Positions 37,926-48,903 are shown, numbered from the stretch's first letter. The stretch: 64,000 bases of DNA from an uncultured virus (IMG/VR IMGVR_UViG_3300046747_000409) (IMGVR_UViG_3300046747_000409); one strand, 5' to 3'. Made by a program: numbers and translations. Notes: generated by a model not told the origin, from the letters alone.

Positions 37926-38854
37926 CCACCGGCGAATTGAGGGACGCCCTCCTACTCTACGAAACCCGGCTCGCTTTCACCATCAAGACCGACAACGGCA
38001 AGCAGGATCTCCACGAATCTCGCGAGGCGCTGGTCAACCTGCTGATGGAGCACCAGCATCCAGTCCCCCAGGGTACGGGTCGATACGAATGCGGTAGGAC
38101 TGGTGAAGTGATCGGTATTGGAATCATATCATGAACGAGACCGAATTAAACGACGCCTTCCTGCGCTACGAGACCGCACTGCTGTACCAAGCACGGCAGA
38201 TCGCCGAGCACCCTCGCGACCTCGCGCGCCTCAACCACACCAAGCCGGAGCTGGACGATGCACGCACGGCCCTGGTCAGCCTCTTGGGTGGGCACACGCA
38301 CCCGGTTTCACCAACGCCGGTCGCGTACGATTCCAGGATAGTGAAGACCCACCCCGACACGCTGCCGATGGTGACTCACTACAATCCTCCTCGGCCGCCT
38401 CCCGTTCCACCTCCGGTTCCGCCTCAGGTGCGCGTGTGCCTCCACGAGTACGTCAAGACGAGCGCCGACGAGTACCAGTGCATTTATTGCGCCCACACGA
38501 AGCCAGTGAAGCCTTGAGACCCTTATGACCTTCTACCAAATCTACATGACCGCGTTCGGCCTCCTGCTCGGCACCCTGCTCATCTGGCTGCTCAAACGCG
38601 CGTATGCGTCCTTCCGCAAGAAGGAGCCGATGCAATCCCACACGGACGAGAGCGTGCTTCCCTCTGGTCCTACCATCAACGGCGTACCGATCACAGACGC
38701 CCAACACGCTGAGTTCCTGCGCGGCTGGATAGCGAATCAGCGCCGAGACGCGGCCCTGAGCGAGGCATGTCGCCGGCGCAAGCTGCTGACTAAGAAGCGA
38801 GCGCGCATGGCCCGGAACAACCCAAAACACCGCCGTACCCATTTCCCTCGTTAG
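37922..38854 (+). CDS. Three coupled hypothetical genes (37922-38134, 38131-38517, 38525-38854)
   Basis: First two share ELxDAxLxYET N-termini; third has N-terminal TM. Confidence 0.55.
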
Positions 38855-38861
38855 GAACATC

Positions 38862-39206
38862 ATGTCGAATTTAGCTATCTGCCTCGTCGGCGGTTTTCTG
38901 ACCCTTCTCTTCGCCGTTCTGATGGCCTTGCTTGTGAATCGCAAGTCCCGCTCCTCACGCGCTCACGGCGGAAGAGAACGTATGCGTGGCTCAGCGACCA
39001 GCAGTCCTGACGACAGCTCGCCGTCGATGTTCCAGGTGCTCTGGTGGTCGACGTTTTTCTCGTCCTCGGACAGCAGTAGCAGCAGCAGCGACTCCCACTC
39101 GCATCATTCATCGTCTTCGATGGACCATCATCACAGCAGTATCGATCACAGCTCAGGCGGTGACTTTGGTGGCGGTGACTCGGGTGGTTCCAGCAGCTCC
39201 GATTAA
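38862..39206 (+). CDS. TM protein with Ser/His/Gly-rich tail
   Basis: N-terminal TM; GGDFGGGDSGG tail. Confidence 0.6.
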   Translation: MSNLAICLVGGFLTLLFAVLMALLVNRKSRSSRAHGGRERMRGSATSSPDDSSPSMFQVLWWSTFFSSSDSSSSSSDSHSHHSSSSMDHHHSSIDHSSGGDFGGGDSGGSSSSD

Positions 39207-39228
39207 CACCCCTCATCTAGGAAATTCC

Positions 39229-40178
39229 ATGGCCCACATCCTCTGCTTCAGCTCCGGCGTCCGCGAGATCGACGACCTCCACTTCACCCTCCCCAAGAAG
39301 GGCAAGAAAATCGTCCCCACTGAGCTCTGGCAACTCCGCCAAGGCAGCCACAACGTCGTGCTTGCCAAGGTCTCGGACGGTACGGTGTACCTGCTCAGGG
39401 AATCAAACGTCTACGGGGACCAGACCGAGGGCTGCCTCACCGTCTGCAAGAACGTGCTCAAGGAGTACATCACCCCTTTGTTCAAGGCCGGGTTGATCAG
39501 CGAGAAGGCACTGACAGAAGCGACTGAGCGAGTTGCCAAACGCGACCTCCAGGAAAAGAATCGGGAGGCAGCCGCGTCCGTCCTGCGCAACGCTCCGGGT
39601 GTGGTGGTACTCACCGACGAGCAGATCCGCATCCTAGGCGAATACGCCAAGTACGGCTACTCCCCCGTCCCGAAGGCGAAGCCATGATAATCGAGCCCAG
39701 TCACGACGCCCTCATCCTTGCTGCCGTAAAGACGGAGCTCACCAAGCTCGCGGCCACATGGCGGTTCATCGCCGGACCGTGCGACCCGTCCGAGGCCTAC
39801 TGGCGAAGCGTGCACGCCACCCAGCTCGACAAGGTGCTCGCCGATGCGCTCGCTGTGGTAAGCGGCAAGCAACGCACGGGAATCTGCAAGCACTCGGGGC
39901 AGTTCCACTACTTCCTGGAATGGACCGGCTTGAATGACAAGGAAGTGCGCGAGTTTGGCGTCCGCTTCGAGCGCGATCCTCTGCAGCTGAGCCAGTTACC
40001 CTCACCGAACGCGTACGTTTGGACCAGCGTCAGCGACGAGCCGGATGACGGCTCTAATCCGTGCGGCATCTCCGTCGGCGACTTCATCCATAAAATACCG
40101 AGCATCGGCCTTCCGTGCTTTGGCGTCATCCGAGCCCAAGACTTCGAGGATGTGTTTCGCCGCTCCTATTCAGCGTAA
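39229..40178 (+). CDS. Two hypothetical genes (39229-39687, 39684-40178)
   Basis: ATGA overlap. Confidence 0.6.
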
Positions 40179-40179
40179 C

Positions 40180-40211
40180 GAGTCCATTCGCTTACTTGAT
40201 TGATTTGACTC
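40180..40211. promoter_or_regulatory. Degenerate operator GAGTCCATTC-N12-GATTTGACTC
   Basis: Intergenic, upstream of MazG-like gene. Confidence 0.55.
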
Positions 40212-40280
40212 CTTGCGCATCCTCTCCAGCCTCCGATAACACGACCACGCGAACACGTACCACTCACCCCGGATACCCCC

Positions 40281-40976
40281 ATGCACACCGCTGCCTCCCT
40301 CGCCCTCCTCCCCACCCTCGAACGCGTCGCGTTCTTCTCCGCGCCTCCGGTCATCAAGACGGTGCGGGACTACATCAACGCGGTGCTCACCACCGAGAAC
40401 CTCCCCGAGCACTTGCGGAACGTCGTCGGCGCCCCTGCCTGGACCTTCCGCTGGATCCACGCGGTCCTGGGTGTCGGCTCTGAGCAGCAGGAAGTCCTCG
40501 ACGCCACCGAGCCCGTGAATCTGGTCGAAGAGCTGGGCGACCGCTTCTGGTACTCGGCCCTGTGCTCGGATGCGTTGCTGGAAGCGGCTGGCTTGCCTGG
40601 AAACACGTGGCTCTATGTCTGTCCGTTCGAGCTCGCGCTTAATCACGAGATGTCCGCAGGTGATCGAACTTTCTGGACGATGACTCGCGCTGACGCCAGC
40701 TTGGATGACCTCAGTAAGCGCCTGCTGGTCTACACCAAGAAGCCTGCTCTCCAGGTACTCGCCGCCTCAGCGTTCGGGTCCGTGCTGGCCACCCGCATCA
40801 TCGCCGACGCCAACGGCCTCGACTACATCATGATCATGCAGGCCAATATCAACAAGCTCTACGCGCGCCAGCTGGATGCGATCAAGAAGTCGCAGCAGAT
40901 CGGCGACATGAATCGTGACTTGACTACGGAGCGCTCGGTGCTGGAGAAGTCGGTTGCTGAGGCGACCAAGAACTAA
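40281..40976 (+). CDS. MazG-like nucleotide pyrophosphohydrolase
   Basis: HAVLGVGSE..EVLDA, NLVEELGD.FWY, MQANINKL.AR. Confidence 0.7.
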   Translation: MHTAASLALLPTLERVAFFSAPPVIKTVRDYINAVLTTENLPEHLRNVVGAPAWTFRWIHAVLGVGSEQQEVLDATEPVNLVEELGDRFWYSALCSDALLEAAGLPGNTWLYVCPFELALNHEMSAGDRTFWTMTRADASLDDLSKRLLVYTKKPALQVLAASAFGSVLATRIIADANGLDYIMIMQANINKLYARQLDAIKKSQQIGDMNRDLTTERSVLEKSVAEATKN

Positions 40977-41053
40977 ACCACAGAGCACGCTGATGCGATA
41001 CAAGCCCAGGGCGCGTCGTGCGTCCTGGGTTTCGGCGTCAGCAAAGGGACACC

Positions 41054-41458
41054 ATGCGCCTCATCACCGACCACATCATCAACCCGGCCAACGACAAGCT
41101 CGTGATCGAGGCGGTGGACGAGCCGGGTGCTGGCGGGGCGCATCACCGCTACGAAATCTCGGGCTTGGCAGTCCACCGGAATCCGAGCTTGTCGATGACT
41201 GAAGAGGAGACCACGCCGAACGACAAGGTGGTCATCCTGTTCCAGAACGGGGCGATCAGCGAGCACGGCGTCAACGGCGTCACGATCGAGGCCTTCATCG
41301 CGCTCGGCATCGACCGCCTGCGTATGTTCCAGCAAGGACCATACCATTGCAACGCCAACGCCTGCGCCCTGCAGCACCTGCAGGAGGCGCTCATGTGGCT
41401 GCAGCAGCGGACGATTGAGCGCATGCGCCGCGGCGTCGAAGGTACCTCGAAGGTCTAA
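41054..41458 (+). CDS. tad1: Tad1-family anti-Thoeris signal-sponge protein
   Basis: GAGGAHHRYEI..ILFQNG..NGV...DRL..FQQGPY..NACAL.HLQEALMWL..R..ER..RGVEGT follows Tad1 over its full length. Confidence 0.85.
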   Translation: MRLITDHIINPANDKLVIEAVDEPGAGGAHHRYEISGLAVHRNPSLSMTEEETTPNDKVVILFQNGAISEHGVNGVTIEAFIALGIDRLRMFQQGPYHCNANACALQHLQEALMWLQQRTIERMRRGVEGTSKV

Positions 41459-41464
41459 TCCCCC

Positions 41465-41845
41465 ATGGACGCACCCTACCAAAACCAAGCACCTGTTGTT
41501 GGCCAGACGCTCTTCTCCCTGAACGTCAACAACGCGGCTCGTGGGTGTCTCCAGGAACTCACCGAAATGGTCGTCACTACGGTGGGTCGGAAGTACTTCA
41601 CCTGCAAGGCCAAAACGGGATGGCCCGAGTTCACGTACCACATCGACGGCTGGCGCCAGAAGTCCGACTTCAGCCCCGTGAGTGTGTTGTATCTGAACAA
41701 GCTCGAATATGTGCAGCAGGCCGAGCTCGACCAGATGCACGCCACCCTCGCCAAGCACTTCCAATGGCTCGCCCCTCGGCTCCCTGCCGACGTGATCAAG
41801 AAGATGTACGCCTGCCTCCCTCCTGTCTCTGGACCTTCCTCATGA
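41465..41845 (+). CDS. Hypothetical phage protein (VGRKYF motif)
   Basis: ORF in coupled run. Confidence 0.6.
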   Translation: MDAPYQNQAPVVGQTLFSLNVNNAARGCLQELTEMVVTTVGRKYFTCKAKTGWPEFTYHIDGWRQKSDFSPVSVLYLNKLEYVQQAELDQMHATLAKHFQWLAPRLPADVIKKMYACLPPVSGPSS

Positions 41846-42231
41846 GTGGTTTTGATCTCATCAAAGGCCTGTTCGGTTTCTGCTTCCTCGTGTTCCTCGC
41901 GTGGCTCCTCATCGGCTCGATCGGTGTCTGCTTCGTAGCCGGGCCGCTCGTGCCTGCGACGGTGGTGGACCGCGCCTACGCCCCGTCGAGCACCAGCACC
42001 GGCTTCGACTCGAAGGGGAAGATGATCACGACCAGCCACTCGGAATCGTACACGGTGATCGTGGAGATCGCCGGCGGTTTCGACGGAGCTGGCGTCCACT
42101 CGGTCACGACCTCGGGCAGCTGGTATGCGCATACGCAAGCCGGTAACCCGGTCACGGTGATGGTGCGACACTTTCTCGGTTTTACTCGTTACACCCTGGC
42201 CGACACGCCAGCGGTCGAAGGGCCTCGCTAA
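41842..42231 (+). CDS. Membrane-anchored hypothetical protein
   Basis: ATGA overlap; N-terminal TM. Confidence 0.6.
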   Translation: MSGFDLIKGLFGFCFLVFLAWLLIGSIGVCFVAGPLVPATVVDRAYAPSSTSTGFDSKGKMITTSHSESYTVIVEIAGGFDGAGVHSVTTSGSWYAHTQAGNPVTVMVRHFLGFTRYTLADTPAVEGPR

Positions 42232-42233
42232 TC

Positions 42234-42590
42234 ATGGAAATCGATGAAATTAAAAAAATGCTCGCGTCTCCTGACATGGACAAGCTCCTCGCGGAGTTGT
42301 ACCTGAAGAAGGGGACATGGCATGTTACCTCGCCTCGATCCGACAACGTGATCAGCCACGGTGGCCGCCCCTGGATGCCGAGCACCAACATCAAGGACGC
42401 GCTCAGCCTCGTGCCCAAGATCACCGCCAAGGGCCACGAAGTGTGGATGGACGCGTGGAAGGATGGCACCTTCAGCGCCGGGGTGTCCTTGGAGGACGGC
42501 CACGATACCGGCTCGCTCCAGGGCGACACGGTCGAGGCGGCGCTCTGTCGGGCGCTGCTGGTCCTGCCGCTCGTGGGAGGCTGGCCATGA
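42234..42590 (+). CDS. Phage ABA-sandwich-like protein
   Basis: MDKLLAE...PSTNIKDALSLV.K...EAALCRALL. Confidence 0.55.
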   Translation: MEIDEIKKMLASPDMDKLLAELYLKKGTWHVTSPRSDNVISHGGRPWMPSTNIKDALSLVPKITAKGHEVWMDAWKDGTFSAGVSLEDGHDTGSLQGDTVEAALCRALLVLPLVGGWP

Positions 42591-43030
42591 CCATCGACTC
42601 ATTCTCCGGCGAATATGCCTTCCTGAGTAATTTCTACCCGTGCTCCCTGGATCCTGTGCTCGGGGTCTACCCGCAGACTGTTGAGCATGCGTTTCAGGCG
42701 GCCAAGGCGGGCAATCAATCCCAAGCGCTCTCGATCCTGCGCGCACCCACCCCCGCCAAATCGAAAGCCTATGGACGCGCAGTCGCTCGCCCAGCCGACT
42801 GGGACGCGCGCAGACTGAAAGTAATGTTCGCCCTCGTCTCGCAGAAGTTCAGCCAGTTGAACCCGAGCCTTGTCACCCTCTTGCTCGCCACTGGGGATCG
42901 GCCCCTGATCGAGGGCAATCACTGGAACGACACGTTCTGGGGCGTCTGCAAAGGCGTGGGTGAGAATCACCTCGGAAAGCTCTTGTGTGATCGACGCCAG
43001 CTTCTCCGTGCGACCTGGGTGCTGTCATGA
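42587..43030 (+). CDS. NADAR (YbiA-like) family hydrolase
   Basis: FLSNFY, TVEHAFQAAK, KFSQ, LLATG..LIE.N.W.DTFWG..G.GENHLGKLL. Confidence 0.9.
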   Translation: MTIDSFSGEYAFLSNFYPCSLDPVLGVYPQTVEHAFQAAKAGNQSQALSILRAPTPAKSKAYGRAVARPADWDARRLKVMFALVSQKFSQLNPSLVTLLLATGDRPLIEGNHWNDTFWGVCKGVGENHLGKLLCDRRQLLRATWVLS

Positions 43031-44498
43031 TCCCGTTCCTGATCTTCACCGCCTTCCTCTCCCTCACGCTCTTTTGCGTGATGGCAGCGTTCTCCTACGT
43101 CCGCTACACGTCAGTGACCAGCTGGCCCAAATGGGATACCTTCCAGCGCTGGTCTCTGGTGCTCTTGTGGGCGCTCGTTCCGCTGTATCCAACCGGTGCC
43201 TTGCTCACGCTTGCTCTGGAGCGCTACGAGCACGCTCGCTTCCTGGACATCGCCGGGGTGCGCAGCGACTGCCAATTCAAGGCCATGGTGTGGCCGCTGT
43301 ACGTCCCTCTTCGCCTGACGCTGATGCCTGGGCATCCGTGGGAGCAACTATGATCGGCTACTCACACGACGAGATCGAGCCTTCCTGCTCGTGCCGTCCA
43401 CCCGTGTTCTACACGTCATCGCCTCCTCCTCCTACACCGCGGCCTGAGCCGACGGCCTGGGACGCTGCTATTTTACGTGTTCTTTCCCCGACGCCTCTGA
43501 CCGAGGCCGAGTACGTAAACGCGCCGGTGTACCTGGGATGATCACCCGACCACTCACCTCCCTGCAACAGCAGGTCAACCTCCGCGCCAATCTCCGCATC
43601 GGCTCGGGCCGGGTCGACTTCACCACCGGGCGCCGGTGCAAGGACGGCACCGAAGAGGCGCTGCTGGTCGTGACCGCCAATAACGACCGGCAGGCGCTCA
43701 AGAAAGCCCGCACGTTCCTCGACCACGCGCTTGCTGAACAACGACCCTCATGACCGACATCCCGATCCAGGACGTCGGACCCTCTAACCATGATGTGCTC
43801 AAGGTACCCGTCTACCATGTGCATGGCTATCGCCAGTACCTGGGCACCTGCAAACTGCATGCGTCTCCTGATTGCCGCCATTTCGCCCAATGGCGCCCTG
43901 GACTGCTTCTCGGGAAAGTGCGCATGGGGAAGGTGATCATGCGTGATTGGGAGACTTCTTTGGACTCCATTCCACCGGCACTTCGCTGCAAGACGTGTTG
44001 GCCTAAACCGAAAGCAACAAACTCATGAACGACATCGCCCCCAGCATCCGCATCTCCCGCGAGGTCTGGCTCATCACCACGGACGGCGCGCGCTTCCCTG
44101 ATACCGAGTTCGCCAAAGCGAACGCCCACCAGCTCATCACCCATCAGGTCGAGAAGGCGATGGCGCTGCTCCGTCCGAAGCCCAAGGACGACGACGGCAG
44201 CAAGTTCGCCAGCGGTACTGGGCACATTCAGCACACGAGGCAGCAGATTGAAGAGGTCCGTCGAGCCCTGTGGGTAGTCACCGCCCCGCTGGTGAAGTAC
44301 GCGCACAGCGGTCGGGAGGTTGACCCGCTGACCGTCAGCGTCGGTTGGATTCTGCGGGCTGCCTTCGACGGCAGCGGACACGGTCCTTTGGGCGATGCAT
44401 GGAATCGCCTTGCGTGTATCAGCCAGGACACATTTCGCGAGTACGGGTCTGCGTACTACGCCACACGCGAGAGCGAGTCGAAGGGTGGTCCCCTGTGA
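43027..44498 (+). CDS. Five coupled small hypothetical genes (43027-43353, 43350-43541, 43538-43753, 43750-44028, 44025-44498)
   Basis: Consecutive ATGA overlaps. Confidence 0.55.
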
Positions 44499-45124
44499 AC
44501 CCCGACACCGTTACCTCCTACCCGCTCCAGTGGCCCGTCGGCTGGCCGCGCACCAACGACCCGGTCAAGGCCTACGCTAAATTCAAAAACGTCACCATGC
44601 GCCGGGCGCGTTCCGGTCTGATGGACGAGCTGCGGCGCTTGAATGCCAAGAACGTGACCCTCTCCACCAACATCCGGGTGCGCAACGACGGCGAGCCGGT
44701 CGCTGGCTTGGAAAACGCATCTGATGCAGGCGTGACTGTATATTTTACGCTCCGCGGCAAGCAGATGTGCATGGCTCGCGACGCGTACACCACCGTCGCC
44801 GACAACCTGCGCTCGCTGGCTATCGCTATCGAACACCTGCGCGGCATGGAGCGCCACGGTGGGGCCACGATGATGGACCGGGCGTTTGCGGGCTTCGCTC
44901 TGCTGGCGGACCCGCGGGCGCGGTCGTGCTGGGAGGTGCTGGGGCTACGGAGAGAATTGATCGTCGGTGTTGGTTACACTGAGAGTGAACGAGAGGTTGT
45001 CATTACTGGCGCTTTCCGCGATCTCGCCAAAGCCGCGCACCCTGATCGACCGGGCGGCTCGAACGAGAAGCTGGACGAGCTGGTGAAGGCGCGCGACGAA
45101 GCTCTCAAACAAGCAGGTTGCTGA
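44495..45124 (+). CDS. J-domain-containing phage protein
   Basis: YPLQWP.GWPRT N-domain; WEVLGL..AFRDLAKAAHPDRPGG (HPD motif); GTGA overlap. Confidence 0.8.
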   Translation: MNPDTVTSYPLQWPVGWPRTNDPVKAYAKFKNVTMRRARSGLMDELRRLNAKNVTLSTNIRVRNDGEPVAGLENASDAGVTVYFTLRGKQMCMARDAYTTVADNLRSLAIAIEHLRGMERHGGATMMDRAFAGFALLADPRARSCWEVLGLRRELIVGVGYTESEREVVITGAFRDLAKAAHPDRPGGSNEKLDELVKARDEALKQAGC

Positions 45125-45126
45125 TC

Positions 45127-45768
45127 ATGCAAGATTTTCCACAGAAGCACTACATCTGTGTTGCCGGAAACGTGAAGAAGCACGCCGAGGCGTACCGGGA
45201 GGCGCACATGCGTCTGTACGGCAAGCTGATCACGGTCGCCAAGTCAGTGGGCGTCACCTCGATCCACTACGAGCCTTCGATGATGCTCCTGATCAGCCTC
45301 TACTTTAAAGAGGCGCCACCAGCGGGGTGGACGAAGAAGGACAAATACGGACGCTCGCGCCCGCTGCCGACGCTGGCGAACAAGGAGATGCTCACACATT
45401 TCACGCCGGGGGGTAGTCACCAAATCACCACACATCCGGAGCTGCTTGCGTTCCAGACGTGGTTGGGTTGCCCGCTGTCGTACAACTACAAGCAAGGGGA
45501 CACGTGCAGCGGCTGGAGCACGATCGGGCGCCTGTTCTCGGATGGGCTCCTCTACTGGTACAGCGTTACGGGTCCGATCGTGCTCGTGATCCCCGACATG
45601 GTCGCGGCCCGGAAGTACGCCAAAGAGAACAAGCAGATCGTGACCGACAACGTGCTCGACTGGAAGCCGCCCAAGGGCCTGAAGGAGATCCTGCCAGAGG
45701 AGTGGGAGCTGATGGCCGCGAAGCACAAACAAGCACAACAGAAGATGAAAGCGAAAGCGAAATCATGA
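45127..45768 (+). CDS. Hypothetical protein
   Basis: TGATCATG junction. Confidence 0.65.
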   Translation: MQDFPQKHYICVAGNVKKHAEAYREAHMRLYGKLITVAKSVGVTSIHYEPSMMLLISLYFKEAPPAGWTKKDKYGRSRPLPTLANKEMLTHFTPGGSHQITTHPELLAFQTWLGCPLSYNYKQGDTCSGWSTIGRLFSDGLLYWYSVTGPIVLVIPDMVAARKYAKENKQIVTDNVLDWKPPKGLKEILPEEWELMAAKHKQAQQKMKAKAKS

Positions 45769-47816
45769 ACGTCGACACCCTAACCACGTGGCTGAACAAC
45801 ATACGAAGCGGCACCATCCGTGACACGTTCACCGGCGCGGAGCTGATGGGTGTCCTGGAGCTCGCCATCAAGCAGCTGAAGGCGCCCCATCGCCCCGTCA
45901 TTGGCGACAAGCTGCGGCGTCGCCCTGACGAGGAAGAGCGCACGATCATGAGCTTGGATGATTATGGCGTCGTGTATCAGCTTGACGACGGGACGTACAC
46001 TCGCGACGGCGAGTTCACCCTCCTCACCCCGCGGGAGGCCCCTGATGAGTCGCCCTTGACCAAGGCCCTGAACGAAACTACCGCCGACCTGACCATGCAG
46101 CTGAACGCGTCCTTGGATGACGCACGTACGTGGCGGGCTCGGGCCATTGCTGCGGAGACGAAGTTGGAAAAAGTCATCATCCACGCAGCTGACGAACCGA
46201 ACCCCCAGCGCTGGGAGAACGCGGTGCGTTCCATGGTCACGTTCCTGGTCGGACCTGCAGGTAAGTTCGAGATCAAGGACGTGGTCGAGACCGTGCGCGT
46301 ACTGGCCGGATGCAATCACAATGGTGATCGTTTTAACGGGGCGGCACGCTTGGGCTTCCTCACGCTGGAAGGCGACATTGTGGTGAAGGGGTTGGGGCTC
46401 GGGGCGATCGTCCTCGAACGCGATGCGATAGAGCGTGAGCTTCAGTCCGCTAAGGAGCGCATCGACGCGCTCGGCATCGACCTCGCGGATGAACGCAAGC
46501 ACCGCAATAACGTGGTAGAGCAGCTCAACAAGATGATAGGGGAGCGCGACCTTGCAGATAAGTTCCACAAGGTCGCTGTCACCGAGCGCGACCACGAGCG
46601 CAACACGGTGAACGATCTGATCCTCAAGCTCGACGCTGCGGTCAAGGAAGCGAATGCGGCCAAAGGTCAGATCGCACTGAATCGGAGGCAGACCGAGAAA
46701 GTGCTCGCCGACAATCTTGCACACCTCGACGACATCGCTCGATTCCGGGCTGAGATTGGCAAGCTCGCCAGGGACCGCGACCACTGGAAGGACAACCACG
46801 ATAATCAGGTGGCAATCAAGGCCGCCGTGCTCGACCGTCCCGACCTGGGCGACCGGGCGCAGAAGGTGCAGGAGCTGGCCAGAGAAAGCAACTACTGGAA
46901 GGCCGAAGCCTCCCGCCTCGCCGAAGGTATCCACGCCTTGTGCCCTCCGGCGGGCGTCATCGTGGGCACCACCCCGGACATCCTGCGCGGCTTGTTGGAG
47001 CGTATTAAAAACTGGTGCAGGCACGATGCCCGGACCCTCCCCCTCATGGACACCCTGGGGCGCGTGATCGTGTCGCCGGAGTCGGCTGTGACTCCTTCTA
47101 ACGCGCTCGATGTCGACGGTGTGCCTCATGCGGAACGAACGCGCTGCTACGACCACGCTGCTCGGGCGCTGAAGAACATCCTCGACGGGAAGGCCCCAAC
47201 CGATCCTGCCAACTGGCGGACGACACCCGCCGCGCCCCTGTACGTCGTTTTGGAGACGGTCGCGCTGATGGTACAGGAGCTCACACTGCTCAAGGCCCAG
47301 CCGCTCGTTCCTGTTTCGAACCCTGAAGGCCCCGGCTACTGGGAGGAGTTCTGCTGCCCCAAGTGCGGAAGCCATACATTCGGCAGTAATTCCAACGACG
47401 ACGACACCCTGACACGTTACTGCACCGGTAACGAAACCTGGGGGTGTTCGTTCAAGGCGCACCAGTCGCAGGACTCGACGTGCTTCAAGCGCTTCCGCCC
47501 TGCTGGCCCGGCGACGGCTGGCATGGCGACCGTAGGTGCTCGCCGCAGCCCAATCTTCATTGACGGTCAGCCGAAGTGGATTTCGTTCGATGAACGCAAG
47601 CCCGCGGTTGGTCAGGAAGTGTTCGTGGCCCGGTTGGCGAAGACGCTCTCGGGTACCTACCAATTAGATCCCGCTCCCCACATCAATTGCAACGGGATGC
47701 GTTACTGGCTCAGATCCGAACACCTGGACGGCTGGCAGCCGCTGGTGCGTCCGACGGCGCCGGTGCCAAAGGATGCAGGTGGTGACAAGGACGATCCCTC
47801 GGCACACTGCGGCTGA
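45765..47816 (+). CDS. Large coiled-coil protein with Zn ribbon (CPKC..C..C)
   Basis: ATGA overlap at 45765; heptads. Confidence 0.75.
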   Translation: MNVDTLTTWLNNIRSGTIRDTFTGAELMGVLELAIKQLKAPHRPVIGDKLRRRPDEEERTIMSLDDYGVVYQLDDGTYTRDGEFTLLTPREAPDESPLTKALNETTADLTMQLNASLDDARTWRARAIAAETKLEKVIIHAADEPNPQRWENAVRSMVTFLVGPAGKFEIKDVVETVRVLAGCNHNGDRFNGAARLGFLTLEGDIVVKGLGLGAIVLERDAIERELQSAKERIDALGIDLADERKHRNNVVEQLNKMIGERDLADKFHKVAVTERDHERNTVNDLILKLDAAVKEANAAKGQIALNRRQTEKVLADNLAHLDDIARFRAEIGKLARDRDHWKDNHDNQVAIKAAVLDRPDLGDRAQKVQELARESNYWKAEASRLAEGIHALCPPAGVIVGTTPDILRGLLERIKNWCRHDARTLPLMDTLGRVIVSPESAVTPSNALDVDGVPHAERTRCYDHAARALKNILDGKAPTDPANWRTTPAAPLYVVLETVALMVQELTLLKAQPLVPVSNPEGPGYWEEFCCPKCGSHTFGSNSNDDDTLTRYCTGNETWGCSFKAHQSQDSTCFKRFRPAGPATAGMATVGARRSPIFIDGQPKWISFDERKPAVGQEVFVARLAKTLSGTYQLDPAPHINCNGMRYWLRSEHLDGWQPLVRPTAPVPKDAGGDKDDPSAHCG

Positions 47817-47818
47817 TC

Positions 47819-48064
47819 ATGAAAACGCCCCACATGCCCATCTGCGTCTCCAACATCTTCGCACCGATCGGCCTCTGCGTGCCGATGGAGGCGCTCGATG
47901 AGAGCTGGGCTCTCTCGAACCACAGTCAGAGCCTCGCTCGCTTGAAGGAGCGGGGCGGCTTGAGCCTGTGCGAAGCGGCGGCCATCATCGAGAAGCGTCG
48001 TTGGCGGCCGATGCTGGCCGTGGACGCCCTGGCGATCGTGCGACCGTTCTTGTGCATCCCGTAA
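47819..48064 (+). CDS. Small phage protein (NHSQSLARLKERGGLS)
   Basis: TGATCATG junction. Confidence 0.65.
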   Translation: MKTPHMPICVSNIFAPIGLCVPMEALDESWALSNHSQSLARLKERGGLSLCEAAAIIEKRRWRPMLAVDALAIVRPFLCIP

Positions 48065-48116
48065 GCGGCCACTACTGATCTGGCCGCATTCGTCGGATGG
48101 GGTATCATAGCGGCCC

Positions 48117-48845
48117 ATGACGAGCCCGTTTCGGCAGCCAACACCTCCGCCCCTGGTCCCGTTCAAGTACCAAGCGCCGCTGCGGGCCACCTCGACGATC
48201 TACAAGGCCCCGACCCCGGTCATTAATACCCGCGGCGAGGCGCCTCAACTCGACAGCACCGATTCCGTGCGCCTCTCGGTCGTGAACGCCAAGCGCCGGG
48301 CCGACGCCACCACCCAAATCGTTCCCATCCAAGAACAGCCGGAAGGCGACCGCGCGACGAGCCTGCAGGTCGCCTTGCCGTCAGTACCGCCCCACCGGCA
48401 GGTGCAGCACCGGATGCGGGTCTTGGTCTGCGACGATGACATGCTGCGATGCGGGGCGTTCCAGCAGGGCCTCCATGGCGCGTTGGTGGTCGTCTCCGGC
48501 AGTGCGGCGACCTCTCGGCACCTGATCACCCTCGAACGCTGGGACGTGATCTTCCTCGACCTCTGCGACGGCGCCGATGGGACTGCCCTGCAGGTGGCCA
48601 AGGCCGCCGCCGATCATCCGACGCAGGTGGCTTCGACCTTGTTCATCGTACACAGCCTCGACCCCTGCGGTGCCCAGGCGGCTCGACTCCTGCGCTCCTC
48701 CGGCGTGCGGGTGCAGGTTCGAGCCTTTGCGTGGCTGGAGATCCCGTTGCTGCGCCGGTTGGTGCGGGAGCGGCGGTGGCCTCGTCAAGAACGCTTGACT
48801 GCTGATGGCTTCAACCCGCCCTTGGTGCTCCAGCTTCCCTCATAA
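48117..48845 (+). CDS. Receiver-like (cyclic-phosphate-processing REC type) domain protein
   Basis: RVLVCDDD, WDVIFLD, GTALQVA, IVHSLDPCGA. Confidence 0.55.
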   Translation: MTSPFRQPTPPPLVPFKYQAPLRATSTIYKAPTPVINTRGEAPQLDSTDSVRLSVVNAKRRADATTQIVPIQEQPEGDRATSLQVALPSVPPHRQVQHRMRVLVCDDDMLRCGAFQQGLHGALVVVSGSAATSRHLITLERWDVIFLDLCDGADGTALQVAKAAADHPTQVASTLFIVHSLDPCGAQAARLLRSSGVRVQVRAFAWLEIPLLRRLVRERRWPRQERLTADGFNPPLVLQLPS

Positions 48846-48903
48846 TTCGGCGCGCTGGTGGGCCACAGATCCCCAACCAGCCACTTTTCTACCAATCAGG
48901 TGC

